From the NCBI GenBank assembly GCA_963422615.1, contig OY730414.1, forward strand, positions 1,596,302-1,660,301: a DNA stretch of 64,000 nt. The letters are read 5' to 3'. Position numbers and translations under genes: made by a program. A model generated the notes under the pieces. That model saw only the letters and a program-made list of their open reading frames with translations. It did no database searches and had not been told where the DNA came from. This stretch comes from Longimicrobiales bacterium (GTDB lineage: Bacteria > Gemmatimonadota > Gemmatimonadetes > Longimicrobiales > Gaopeijiaceae). This document shows positions 39,891 to 49,552 of this stretch, in pieces; position 1 is the stretch's first letter, and each line of letters starts with the position of its first letter.

Positions 39891-40092
39891 AGACAAGGCT
39901 TTCGAAGGTCGGGGAACGATGCAGGGACAGCGGGCCCGAAGGCCTCAATGACGGGCTAAAGAGTAGCGATGTACCCCTTTTTGTTGGGGTTGAAGACAGT
40001 TAAATTTCCCCGGTCACCCGGTTTTTCGGCAACTGGGTCTCCCCCTACCTCTGGCATGGGCCCAGAAGGCGGTTACAGCGATTTTCAGTTGG

Positions 40093-41118
40093 TTGAAATC
40101 GAAGCGGTTGATTCCGACGAGTGATATCGGCGTAGACCTCGGAACGGCCAACACGCTGATATGTGTCAAGGGCGAAGGCATCGTTCTGAACCAGCCTTCT
40201 GTGGTCGCGGTTGAGCGGGATACCAACCGGCTCGTATGCGTGGGTGCGGACGCCAAGCACATGCTCGGCCGGACGCCCCGGGGTATTGAAGCCATCCGCC
40301 CGCTCCGGGACGGCGTCATTGCTGACGTTGACGTCACCGAGCTGATGCTTCGCCACTTCCTGAAACAGGTGACGGCGAACCGCCTCTTTCGAATTAAGCC
40401 CAGAATCGTGGTGGGGGTGCCGTCCGGGATCACCGAACTGGAACGGCGGGCGGTACGTTCTTCGGGTCAGGCCGCGGGAGCAAACGAGGTCTATATGGTT
40501 GCCGAACCCATGGCGGCCGCCATCGGCGTGGGTCTGCCCGTCGAGACTCCCCGGGGCAACATGATCATCGATATCGGCGGCGGCACCTCGGAGATCGCCG
40601 TCATTGCCCTGTCAGGGATTATTTCCGATAGGTCCATTCGGATCGGCGGGGATGAACTGGACAAGTCGATTGTCGCGTTTCTCCGACAGAACCACAACAT
40701 GCTCATCGGAGAACCGACCGCTGAGGCGATCAAGATGCAGATCGGTTCCGCGATAGAAACCGATCGCGTACCTGAAGAAATTGAAGTGAAAGGCCGGGAT
40801 CTTGTTTCCGGAATTCCTAAGATGATTGGCATTCATTCCAAGGAGATCAGGGAATCCATGGAAGGGCCCATTCGGGCCCTCGTTGAGGCGGTGCGAGGCG
40901 CGCTTGAGATCACTCCTCCCGAGCTTGCCTCCGACATCGTGGATCATGGCATCACGATGACGGGTGGGGGTTCCATGATCCGAGGTCTTGGCAAGTTGAT
41001 CGAAGCGGAAACCGGTCTGCCCGTACACGTTGACCAGGAACCGATGACGTGCGTGGTTCGCGGGGCAGGGTGCATTCTGGACGAATTCGCCAAGTACCGG
41101 GCGGTTCTGGCGACATAA
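40093..41118 (+). CDS. mreB: Rod shape-determining protein MreB
   Basis: DIGVDLGTANTL, RPLRDGVIAD, EPMAAAIG, DIGGGT, TPPELASDI, TGGG. Confidence 0.96.
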   Translation: MKSKRLIPTSDIGVDLGTANTLICVKGEGIVLNQPSVVAVERDTNRLVCVGADAKHMLGRTPRGIEAIRPLRDGVIADVDVTELMLRHFLKQVTANRLFRIKPRIVVGVPSGITELERRAVRSSGQAAGANEVYMVAEPMAAAIGVGLPVETPRGNMIIDIGGGTSEIAVIALSGIISDRSIRIGGDELDKSIVAFLRQNHNMLIGEPTAEAIKMQIGSAIETDRVPEEIEVKGRDLVSGIPKMIGIHSKEIRESMEGPIRALVEAVRGALEITPPELASDIVDHGITMTGGGSMIRGLGKLIEAETGLPVHVDQEPMTCVVRGAGCILDEFAKYRAVLAT

Positions 41119-41192
41119 GACGTCGGACTTCGGTGCGATCTCGAACCGAGCCGGTGGCCGGGGTGGGTAGAGTAGGTGGGGGCCGAAGGGGG

Positions 41193-42005
41193 ATGAGGAG
41201 GGATTTCCTCGTTCCTTTGGGGTTCGTTCTGGCTTCCCTGATCTTCCTGGTACTTCCGTCGGGAACCCAGCGCTCCATCGGCCACATGGTGAGGAGTTCG
41301 GTGCTGATGCCCTTTATCAGAATCAACGAGACCGTGACGCGAGGTCGAGCCCGGGCCCAAGACTTCGATATCCTTCGTAACCAAATGGACTCCCTTCTGA
41401 CCTTTGCCGCTGCTCAGAGCACCCTGGCCGAGGAAAACACTCAGCTGCGGGGACTCCTTTCCTTGAGGAACCGCGAACCGAGCCGTTTCGTCGCAACCAC
41501 GATCATCCGGTCGGGAACTTCCGGCGCCGAAAACGTCTTCCAGGTCGATGCCGGGTCTGAAGCCGGGGTCCTGCGCTTCGGTCCCGTGATGACCGAGGTT
41601 GGCCTGTTGGGCCAGATTCAGGAGGTTTATTCCCACAGGGCTTTGGGCTTCGATTGGTCCCACCGGGAATTCCGGGTTTCCGCCATGACGGTTGACGGCA
41701 GGATCCACGGCCTTGTACAGTCGCAGCCAGGGACCTTTCGGGAACAGGATCGGATGGTGCTCCGGGGAACGGCCTATCTCTCGGAACTTGAGGTGGGAAC
41801 GGAACTTGTGACCTCGGGCCGTGGCGGGACCTACCCCAGGGGAATTCGAATTGGTTGGGTTTCGGAGGTGGCGGAGACGTTGGCCGGGTGGAGCCACAGC
41901 TACTACGTTGACCCGGCGGTCTACCCGGGGCAGGTTACGCACGCCCTCGTGGGGGCGGGTCCAATCCGGAGTTTCCCTTTCGAACCAGAAGAGCCCTCTA
42001 GATGA
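41193..42005 (+). CDS. mreC: Rod shape-determining protein MreC
   Basis: N-terminal TM, coiled coil EENTQLRGLL, VTSGRGGTYPRGIRIG; follows mreB; start uncertain. Confidence 0.88.
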   Translation: MRRDFLVPLGFVLASLIFLVLPSGTQRSIGHMVRSSVLMPFIRINETVTRGRARAQDFDILRNQMDSLLTFAAAQSTLAEENTQLRGLLSLRNREPSRFVATTIIRSGTSGAENVFQVDAGSEAGVLRFGPVMTEVGLLGQIQEVYSHRALGFDWSHREFRVSAMTVDGRIHGLVQSQPGTFREQDRMVLRGTAYLSELEVGTELVTSGRGGTYPRGIRIGWVSEVAETLAGWSHSYYVDPAVYPGQVTHALVGAGPIRSFPFEPEEPSR

Positions 42006-42484
42006 ACCCGCGGATGGGGTCGGGGTTCTATTTGGTTTCCGGCCTCGTCCTGTTTCACCTTTTTCTCCGCGTCGGTCTCGGTTTCGGAACCGAGACGCCC
42101 GACCTTTGCGTCATGGCGGTCCTCCTCGGGAGTCGCTCCTTGAGCGTCCCGGCGGCGTCGGCCCTGGGGTTCGCCCTGGGCGTGCTGGAGGATGCTTTCG
42201 CGACGGCTTCCTTCGGGGCGAGCGTCTTTGCCATGACCCTTGTGGGAGCGGTGGGAGCCAAGGTCTGCAGTCGCTATGACAGTGCTACATTGCGGTTCTT
42301 GACGATGTACTTCCTGGTCGGAAAATGGACCCGGGACCTGCTCGCGTGGGTCGTTTCCGATGCCGCGGCCCGATCCCCTTTCGTGGAACAGATGTTTATC
42401 GCATCCCCCCTGATGGCGCTCTACGCAGCGGCTGCCGGAGTCGCCGCTCGGTTGCTCTTCGCCTCGGCGTTCAGGGAAGCATGA
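42002..42484 (+). CDS. mreD: Rod shape-determining protein MreD
   Basis: Multi-TM, PDL and GFALGVLEDAF motifs, position between mreC and mrdA. Confidence 0.85.
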   Translation: MNPRMGSGFYLVSGLVLFHLFLRVGLGFGTETPDLCVMAVLLGSRSLSVPAASALGFALGVLEDAFATASFGASVFAMTLVGAVGAKVCSRYDSATLRFLTMYFLVGKWTRDLLAWVVSDAAARSPFVEQMFIASPLMALYAAAAGVAARLLFASAFREA

Positions 42485-44319
42485 GAGATTCTCGGGAGCA
42501 GAAGCGTCGTGGGACTCAGGCCCGGGTTATCGTCTCGACCCTGTTGGGTTTTCTCTTGATCGTGCTGTTTCGCAACCAGGTTCTCGGTTTCTCCGAATGG
42601 CTTCTCCAGTCCGAATCGAATCGCCTCCGGGCGCTCACCGTTCCCGCGCCCCGGGGCATTATCTGGGACCGCTCCGGACGGGCCCTGGCCGACAATGTCC
42701 CCGCGTACGCGGTCTGGATCCAGTCCTCCCGGACCGAATCCATGATCGCGACGCTCGATCGGCTTCGAGCACACATGACCCTGTCCGACGAACGCCATGA
42801 GTTCCTCACCCGGGAAGCTCGGGCCAATCCGTATAGACGCCTCCTCGTTTCGAAGGACGCTCCCTTCGATGCGGTGGCGGCCTTGGAAGAGCGGCGGTCC
42901 GCATTTCCGGGAGTCGTGGTCGAGTATCGGCCCAAGCGGCGTTATCCGGAGGGGGAGCTGGGGGCCCACGTGGTGGGCTACGTCGGGCAGATCAACGAGG
43001 AGGAATTGAATTCGCCGGATTTCGAAGGTGCGGGACCGGGTACGATGGTGGGCAGATCCGGTATTGAGGCGATGTACGATCAAGGGCTTCGGGGCAAGGC
43101 CGGGACGCGATACGTAGAGGTGGACGCCCTGGGGAGGATCGTTGCTTCGTTCCGCGGGCTATCCAGGGTACCCGAAGAAGCAGGTGCGGATCTGGAGCTG
43201 AACCTGGATCTGGAGCTGATGGAGTGGGTCCACTACATCTTTCCCGAGGGAATGAACGGAGCCCTGGTGGCTCTGGAGGTGGAGACGGGCGGGGTTCTGG
43301 CCCTGTACTCGATGCCTTCCTTTGACCCCAACCTGTTTACCGGAGAGGTTGACGCTGCGGTGTGGAACCAGCTTCTGGAACACCCGGGAAGCCCTTTGGT
43401 CCACCGGGCGGTGGCCGGGAAATACGCCCCGGGCTCGACATGGAAACTGGCCAGCGCGGCCATCGCCCTGGAAGCCGGTGTGGTCACACCGGGGGAGCGT
43501 ATGCCCGTCTCGTGCCGGGGATCGTTTCAATTCGGTAGCCGCGCGTACCGGTGCTGGTTGCCCGAAGGGCACGGATCCCAGGATCTGGCAGGAGCGATAC
43601 GAAATTCCTGCAACGTGTACTTCTATCAGCTCGGGCTTCGGGTCGGACTCGAAAGGATGCTGGAAGCCGGAAACCGGATGGGTTTCGGCGGACAGTGCAA
43701 CATCGATCTTCCACAGGAGGCGGCCGGTACTTTTCCGGAGAGCAAATTGTTCTGGGAGAGACGCTTCGGCTACGAAGCGAGCGAAGGCGAGGTCCTGAAT
43801 CTGGTACTGGGCCAAGGGCCCAACTCCCAGACCCCTCTGAAGATGGCCCAGTTCTATCTTGCGATAGCCCGCGACGGCTCCGCACCCGCCCCTTCCTTGA
43901 ACCGATTTGCGGAAGCGGGTGAAGGCTGGCGTCTCGACATTTCTCCGGAGGACCTGGAGACCCTCCGGTACGGACTCCGCCAGGTGGTGGAACCGGGGGG
44001 TACCGCGTACATGGCTTCCTTGGAGCACTTCGACTTGATGGGGAAAACCGGCACGGCCCAGTCGGGTGGAGACCGGCTCAGCCACGCCTGGTTTGCCGGT
44101 ATGGCCGGACTGCGCGATGGGCCCCCCGAGATCGTGGTCGTTGCCCTGGTCGAGTTCGGCGGAAGCGGGTCCGATACGGCGGCACCCCTCGTCGCAAAGA
44201 CCGCCGACTTCTACCTGCGTGCCAAGCACGGGATCCCCAGAGATACGATCCAGACCCTCTCCGAGTACCTGCGGGCCGGCCGGAACACGGCGTGGGCGAA
44301 CCGCCGACCGGACAGGTAA
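42481..44319 (+). CDS. mrdA: Penicillin-binding protein 2
   Basis: APRGIIWDRSG, RRYP, SxxK (PGSTWK), SCN, KTG. Confidence 0.93.
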   Translation: MRDSREQKRRGTQARVIVSTLLGFLLIVLFRNQVLGFSEWLLQSESNRLRALTVPAPRGIIWDRSGRALADNVPAYAVWIQSSRTESMIATLDRLRAHMTLSDERHEFLTREARANPYRRLLVSKDAPFDAVAALEERRSAFPGVVVEYRPKRRYPEGELGAHVVGYVGQINEEELNSPDFEGAGPGTMVGRSGIEAMYDQGLRGKAGTRYVEVDALGRIVASFRGLSRVPEEAGADLELNLDLELMEWVHYIFPEGMNGALVALEVETGGVLALYSMPSFDPNLFTGEVDAAVWNQLLEHPGSPLVHRAVAGKYAPGSTWKLASAAIALEAGVVTPGERMPVSCRGSFQFGSRAYRCWLPEGHGSQDLAGAIRNSCNVYFYQLGLRVGLERMLEAGNRMGFGGQCNIDLPQEAAGTFPESKLFWERRFGYEASEGEVLNLVLGQGPNSQTPLKMAQFYLAIARDGSAPAPSLNRFAEAGEGWRLDISPEDLETLRYGLRQVVEPGGTAYMASLEHFDLMGKTGTAQSGGDRLSHAWFAGMAGLRDGPPEIVVVALVEFGGSGSDTAAPLVAKTADFYLRAKHGIPRDTIQTLSEYLRAGRNTAWANRRPDR

Positions 44320-44335
44320 GTCAAGGGCCGGACCG

Positions 44336-45574
44336 GTGATTCAAAGGGGGCCTCCCTGGCTGCGGCACTTTCCCTTCACCGGCACCTTGCTGGTTCTTTC
44401 CGCCTGCGGTTTGGGCATGATCTACTCCGCCGGGGAGTTGAACCTGTCTGCGCCGATCACCGAAGGCCTCTGGATCCGCCAGGCGGTTCTGCTTGGGGTG
44501 TCCATTGTCGGCTTCCTGATCGTGTGTCGGATTCCCGCTTGGTGGTTCGCCTGGATCGCCAAGCCGGCCTATGTTCTCGCGGTTGGCATTTTGGCTGTCA
44601 CCCTGCTGGTGGGTACCGGGGTGGGAGCGGCGTCGGGGGTAAAGAGCTTCCTGTCCATCGCAGGGTTTCGGTTTCAGCCCGCCGAGGCCGCCAAGATCGC
44701 CACGATTCTGGCCCTGGCCAAGCTGGTTGCCAATCGAAATACGGCTCCCCGGTATCTCCGGGACATGCTCAAGCCGTTGGCGCTCGTGGGGTTGCCCCTG
44801 GTCCTGGTCGTTCTTCAACCGGATCTGGGCACTGCACTTGCGTTCGTCGGAATCTTCTTCTTCGTCCTCTTCTGGGCGAAAACCCCCTGGCCCGTCCTCT
44901 TATTCGTCGCTTCGCCGGGCATCGCCCTGATTCTGTCGTTTGACGTCAGGGTTTGGTCCGTCTACGCGTTACTGCTGCTTCTGGGGCTCTACCTCTACCG
45001 GTTGCGGCTCAATCGGGTCGAATCCCTGGGCGTCGCCCTGGCGAACATCGCCGCCGGAACGGTGGCCCAGCCCCTTTGGAACTCCCTTGCCAGTTATCAG
45101 AAAAACCGCATTCTCGTCTTTCTTGACCCCGGCCTGGATCCCCGGGGGGCCGGATGGCAGCTCATTCAGTCGAAGGTCGCGCTGGGAAGTGGGGGCCTGT
45201 TCGGGAAGGGGTTTACGGCCGGAACCCAGAAGCGGCTGATGTTCCTTCCGGAACAGCACACGGACTTTGTTTTCAGCATCGTGGGGGAGGAGTTCGGCTT
45301 CTTGGGCGCTTCGTTCGTTCTCCTTCTCTTCGTTTTCCTGTTCTTCCGGATGATCCGCATGGCGGAGACGTCCCGGAGTCCCTTTGCCAGTTTGTTCATC
45401 TTCGGTACTTTAGGGGCTTGGTTGACCCATGTGTTCGTCAATGTGGGAATGACGATCGGGGTTGTCCCCATCACGGGTATTCCCCTCTTGTTCATCAGCT
45501 ATGGAGGGTCCTTCCTGATCATGTCGTGGGTCGCCGCCGCCGTCATTACGGGGCTGGCGAGCGAGGATTCCTGA
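44336..45574 (+). CDS. rodA: Peptidoglycan glycosyltransferase RodA (SEDS)
   Basis: FQPAEAAK, QPDLGT, YQKNRI, PEQHTDFVFS..GEEFG, TGIPLLFISYGGS. Confidence 0.93.
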   Translation: MIQRGPPWLRHFPFTGTLLVLSACGLGMIYSAGELNLSAPITEGLWIRQAVLLGVSIVGFLIVCRIPAWWFAWIAKPAYVLAVGILAVTLLVGTGVGAASGVKSFLSIAGFRFQPAEAAKIATILALAKLVANRNTAPRYLRDMLKPLALVGLPLVLVVLQPDLGTALAFVGIFFFVLFWAKTPWPVLLFVASPGIALILSFDVRVWSVYALLLLLGLYLYRLRLNRVESLGVALANIAAGTVAQPLWNSLASYQKNRILVFLDPGLDPRGAGWQLIQSKVALGSGGLFGKGFTAGTQKRLMFLPEQHTDFVFSIVGEEFGFLGASFVLLLFVFLFFRMIRMAETSRSPFASLFIFGTLGAWLTHVFVNVGMTIGVVPITGIPLLFISYGGSFLIMSWVAAAVITGLASEDS

Positions 45575-45601
45575 CGCGATTGGAGAGAGGGAACGACGGG
45601 C

Positions 45602-46459
45602 TTGGCCTGGTTCCGAAAAAAAAAGAAGCCGCTCACCTCCCAAGGTCGCCGGGAGCTTCCCTCCGATGTATTCGAGAAATGCGGCGGTTGCGGCGAAATC
45701 GTCTACCGGGAGCGACTGGCGAAGAATCTGGGGGTTTGCCCGGAGTGCGGGAGCCACTCCCGGATTTCTGCAGATCGGTACGTGGAGTTGCTAGCCGATC
45801 CGGGTTCTTTCGAAGAAGAAGACGCCGACATGGCCAGTGGCGACCCTTTGAACTTTGCCGATCTCAAGTCCTACGAAGACCGACTGGAGACGGCACGGCG
45901 GAAAACGGGCCGTAACGAAGCTGTCATTACCGGACGGATTCGCATTGAAGGAATTGCCACATCCCTGGCCGTAATGGACTTTGGTTTCATTGGCGGCTCC
46001 ATGGGATCGGTCGTAGGGGAGAAGATTGCCCGGGCGGGCCGAGATGCCGTGAAACGGGAGATCTCCCTGGTGGTCGTGAGCACGTCGGGTGGCGCGCGCA
46101 TGATGGAGGGGATCTTCTCCCTGATGCAGATGGCGAAAACCGCCGCGGTATTGGCCCGCCTCCACGAACGGGGTCTTCCGTACATCTCCGTTCTCACGGA
46201 TCCTACGACGGGCGGCGTGACGGCCTCCTACGCCATGCTGGGCGACGTAAACCTGGCCGAACCCGGTGCATTGATCGGCTTTGCGGGGCCTCGGGTGATC
46301 GAGGGGACCATCAAGCAGGAACTGCCGCCCGGCTTTCAGAGCGCCGAATTCCTGGAAGAACACGGAATGGTGGACCGCGTGATTGACCGTCGGGAGCTGA
46401 AGAGCACCGTGGCCCGGATCCTTCGCCACCTGCTGGCGGGTCGAAGGAAACGGGGGTGA
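45602..46459 (+). CDS. accD: Acetyl-CoA carboxylase carboxyltransferase beta subunit
   Basis: Zn finger CGGC..CPEC, FIGGSMGSVVGEK, SGGARMMEG, PTTGGVTASYA, GFAGPRVI. Confidence 0.96.
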   Translation: MAWFRKKKKPLTSQGRRELPSDVFEKCGGCGEIVYRERLAKNLGVCPECGSHSRISADRYVELLADPGSFEEEDADMASGDPLNFADLKSYEDRLETARRKTGRNEAVITGRIRIEGIATSLAVMDFGFIGGSMGSVVGEKIARAGRDAVKREISLVVVSTSGGARMMEGIFSLMQMAKTAAVLARLHERGLPYISVLTDPTTGGVTASYAMLGDVNLAEPGALIGFAGPRVIEGTIKQELPPGFQSAEFLEEHGMVDRVIDRRELKSTVARILRHLLAGRRKRG

Positions 46460-47895
46460 AAGAGGTCGCTTGGGCCGGGTCACCGGATGCCGCTGGCGGA
46501 CTCCGTGGTCCCGACCCCCTCATCCAGGCCCTCTTTCCGGGCGCGGAGATGAAGGTCGACTGGGGTCTGGAGCGGATGGAGGCGGCGCTGGATCTCCTGG
46601 GGAACCCGCACCGCCGCTACCGAACCCTCCACGTCGGAGGGACCAACGGGAAGGGGTCGGTTGCGTCTACGTGGGCGTCGGTGCTTCGTTGCCAGGGAGA
46701 GCGCGTCGGACTGTACACGTCTCCGCATCTCTGCTCCTTTCGGGAACGAATTCTCATCGATGGTGAGCCGCTTGCCGGAGCGTACCTTCTGGACGTGGCG
46801 AAGCCGCTTCAACCTCTGGCCCAAGAGCTGGGAATGTCCTTTTTCGAGGCCTCAACGCTTTTGGCCTTCCTGGTCTTTGCCAAACAGGAGGTGGATGTGG
46901 CGTGCGTCGAGGTGGGGCTGGGCGGGAGGCTGGACGCGACCAACGTAATCTGTCCGGAAGTCACGGCCGTCACCAACGTGGCCCGAGATCACCTTGAGTA
47001 TCTGGGGGATTCGCTCCCGGAGATCGCGCGGGAAAAGGCGGGAATCATCAAGCTCGGGGTTCCGGTGGCGACCGCCGAGACCTGTCCCTCCGTGTTGAAC
47101 GTATTGCGCGCCCGGGCGCAAGAGGCCGAGTCCCCATTTCACGTCGTTGACCCCGAGCGTCACATCTCGAAGCTGCGATTGGGGCTTGGCGGTACCCGCT
47201 TTACGTATCGCTCGGAGGAATGGGGCCCCATCGACCTTGCGACGCCGCTTCCTGGGGCCCACCAAGCCGCCAATGCGGCCTTGGCGGTTCGGACGTTGGA
47301 ACTGCTTCCCACCCCGCCATCCCTAGAAGCGGTTCGGGCCGGGGTTGGCCAGGTGGAGTGGCCCGGCCGCGTCCAGATCCGCCGGTTCGGGGGGTGTCTC
47401 TACGTTTTCGATGTGGCTCACAATGCGGCCGGGGTTGGGGCCCTGGCGCGGGTTCTGGCCGAACTGGCGCCTCCCCGACCTCTCGTTGTGCTCGCCGGCG
47501 TCCTGGGAGACAAGGACTGGCCCCGCATGTTGCCCCCTCTGGTGGACCTTGCCGACCGGGTTCTCTTCACCGTTCCGACGTCGGCTCCGCCCGGGAGATC
47601 TTGGGATCCCTCGCTCGCAGCAGCAGCGGTCGGCGGAGGCCGCTCCATTGAGGTGGAAGAAGCGATCGACGTCGCAGTGGAGAGAGCGGGCAGGATGGCG
47701 GCTGGGGGCACGGTCATCGTCACGGGATCGTGCTACACGGTCGGAGACGCGTTGCTGATTCTGGGGATGGGTCCCTTCGGCGGTCCGCTGCGCGGGGAGC
47801 CCCCGTCCCCCCTCTCGTCGGTCGATTGCTGGAGGGCGACCCCTTGCGCCCCCGAGGCAACCTCCGAATTGCAACGTCGATCCGTTCGGGATTAG
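46456..47895 (+). CDS. folC: Folylpolyglutamate synthase/dihydrofolate synthase
   Basis: HVGGTNGKGS, YTSPHL..FRERI, EVGLGGRLDATN, WPGR, DVAHN. Confidence 0.94.
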   Translation: MKEVAWAGSPDAAGGLRGPDPLIQALFPGAEMKVDWGLERMEAALDLLGNPHRRYRTLHVGGTNGKGSVASTWASVLRCQGERVGLYTSPHLCSFRERILIDGEPLAGAYLLDVAKPLQPLAQELGMSFFEASTLLAFLVFAKQEVDVACVEVGLGGRLDATNVICPEVTAVTNVARDHLEYLGDSLPEIAREKAGIIKLGVPVATAETCPSVLNVLRARAQEAESPFHVVDPERHISKLRLGLGGTRFTYRSEEWGPIDLATPLPGAHQAANAALAVRTLELLPTPPSLEAVRAGVGQVEWPGRVQIRRFGGCLYVFDVAHNAAGVGALARVLAELAPPRPLVVLAGVLGDKDWPRMLPPLVDLADRVLFTVPTSAPPGRSWDPSLAAAAVGGGRSIEVEEAIDVAVERAGRMAAGGTVIVTGSCYTVGDALLILGMGPFGGPLRGEPPSPLSSVDCWRATPCAPEATSELQRRSVRD

Positions 47896-47906
47896 ACTTC
47901 TGCCCC

Positions 47907-49211
47907 ATGCCCTTCCCAAGACCCATTTCCAAGCTTCCCGGGTTTCGCGACTTCGTCCCGCGGGACCTAGAGGGTCGCAATCACATCTTCGGGACTTGGC
48001 GCCAGGTCGCCCGGCGCTTCGGCTTCCAAGAGTATGACGGACCCCCTCTGGAACCGCTGGACCTCTACATTGAGAAGAGCGGGCCTGAGATCGTGGAGCA
48101 GCTGTATGAGTTCCGAGACAAGGGAGGACGCAGGGTGGCCCTTCGGCCCGAAATGACGCCGACGTTGGCCCGGATCCTGTCGCAGCGGAGCCGGGGCATG
48201 GCGAAACCGGTTCGATGGTTTTCCATTCCGCAGTTATTTCGCTACGAGCGCAGCCAGCGGGGTCGGCTTCGGGAGCACTTTCAGCTCAATGTGGATATCT
48301 TGGGCGAAGCCGGGGTGGCCGCCGACGCCGAAGTTTTGGCCGTAGCCATTGACGTCCTTCGAGGCCTGGGGCTGACGCGGGCCGACTTTTCGGCCCGGGT
48401 GAACGACCGGAGGCTGGTCATGGCCGTCCTTTCCGCCGCCGGGGTTCCCCTCGAGAAACACGACCAGTGCCTGGCGGTCATCGATCGGGCGGGCCGGATC
48501 GGGGCGGCGGGCGTCCGGGAACGGCTTGCGGGTCTTGGCTTGGCGGCGGACGCTGCGACGACGGTGCTGGAGCTCGTCACGGAAGGGGCGTGGGACCGTT
48601 TGCAACATCGGTTCTCGAACCAACCCCCCGTCCTGGAGGCGATGGAGCCTCTGCAAGAGTATCGAACGATTCTCGAGGCCATGGGGCTTGGCGACTACCT
48701 GCGCTTCGACTTTGCGATCGTGCGGGGCCTTGCGTACTACACGGGCATTGTCTTTGAGCTCTTCGACCGGGAGGGCGCGTTTCGCGCGATTTGCGGTGGA
48801 GGAAGGTACGACCACCTCCTTGCCCGGTTCGGAGGAGAGCCTCTCCCCGCGGTCGGATTCGGAATGGGCGACGTCGTCCTAGGTGAGCTCCTGCGGGACC
48901 GGGATCTTCTTCCCCGTACGGCGTACCCATGCGACTACTTCGTGGCTTGGGTGGGGCCGGAGCAACGCCCGGCCGGTCTGAGAATGAGCCGTCGCCTGCG
49001 GGAAGCCGGATTCTCCGTTCTGTACGACTTGCGGCCCCGAAGCGTCGGAAAGCAGCTCAGGGCCGCCGCCCGCGCAGGCGCGGCCCGGGCCGTCATCCTC
49101 GGTCCCGAAGAAGCCACCGCGGGGTCTGTGACCGTGCGAGACCTGAGCACGGGACGGCAAGAGGCCCTGCCGTCGGACGCCCTTTTCACACCCCGGGGGG
49201 CACTCCGGTGA
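47907..49211 (+). CDS. hisS: Histidine--tRNA ligase
   Basis: PGFRDF, LRPEMTP, FRYERSQRGRLREHFQ, VRGLAYYTG, GGGRYD. Confidence 0.95.
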   Translation: MPFPRPISKLPGFRDFVPRDLEGRNHIFGTWRQVARRFGFQEYDGPPLEPLDLYIEKSGPEIVEQLYEFRDKGGRRVALRPEMTPTLARILSQRSRGMAKPVRWFSIPQLFRYERSQRGRLREHFQLNVDILGEAGVAADAEVLAVAIDVLRGLGLTRADFSARVNDRRLVMAVLSAAGVPLEKHDQCLAVIDRAGRIGAAGVRERLAGLGLAADAATTVLELVTEGAWDRLQHRFSNQPPVLEAMEPLQEYRTILEAMGLGDYLRFDFAIVRGLAYYTGIVFELFDREGAFRAICGGGRYDHLLARFGGEPLPAVGFGMGDVVLGELLRDRDLLPRTAYPCDYFVAWVGPEQRPAGLRMSRRLREAGFSVLYDLRPRSVGKQLRAAARAGAARAVILGPEEATAGSVTVRDLSTGRQEALPSDALFTPRGALR

Positions 49212-49270
49212 GGGACGGCTACCGTTCGGGCAAGGGGGATTCGGAAGACCATCGGGCCGCCCGGGAAGTA

Positions 49271-49540
49271 ATGAACCGGGCCATCCGTCGCCTGACCATA
49301 CTGGAGTGGCTGATCCTGGCAGGTGCGGCCCTGGCGGCGGCAGTGGGAGGTGGGTTGGCGGCGCTGCTGGTTCGCGGCACCTTGAACCTACCGTTTCGGT
49401 TCGCGTGGCCCATCGCGTCGTTCCTTCTATTGGCGATTCCGGGCTTGGTGGTGGTCGTGCGTGGACGGCGGGGGCGGGGTGGGGGAGGGCCTCCCGCAAT
49501 GGGAGAGGATAAGCGGCTTCTCGATACGGGTGACCGGTAA
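49271..49540 (+). CDS. Small two-TM hypothetical protein
   Basis: MNRAIRRLTILEW followed by two hydrophobic helices; may instead start at GTG 49208 overlapping hisS stop. Confidence 0.6.
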   Translation: MNRAIRRLTILEWLILAGAALAAAVGGGLAALLVRGTLNLPFRFAWPIASFLLLAIPGLVVVVRGRRGRGGGGPPAMGEDKRLLDTGDR

Positions 49541-49552
49541 GGACACGCTCGG

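Noticed and set aside
41160..41192. G-quadruplex-like G tracts before mreC
   Set aside because: One loop is 10 nt and such tracts are frequent at this GC content; may simply be coding or SD sequence.
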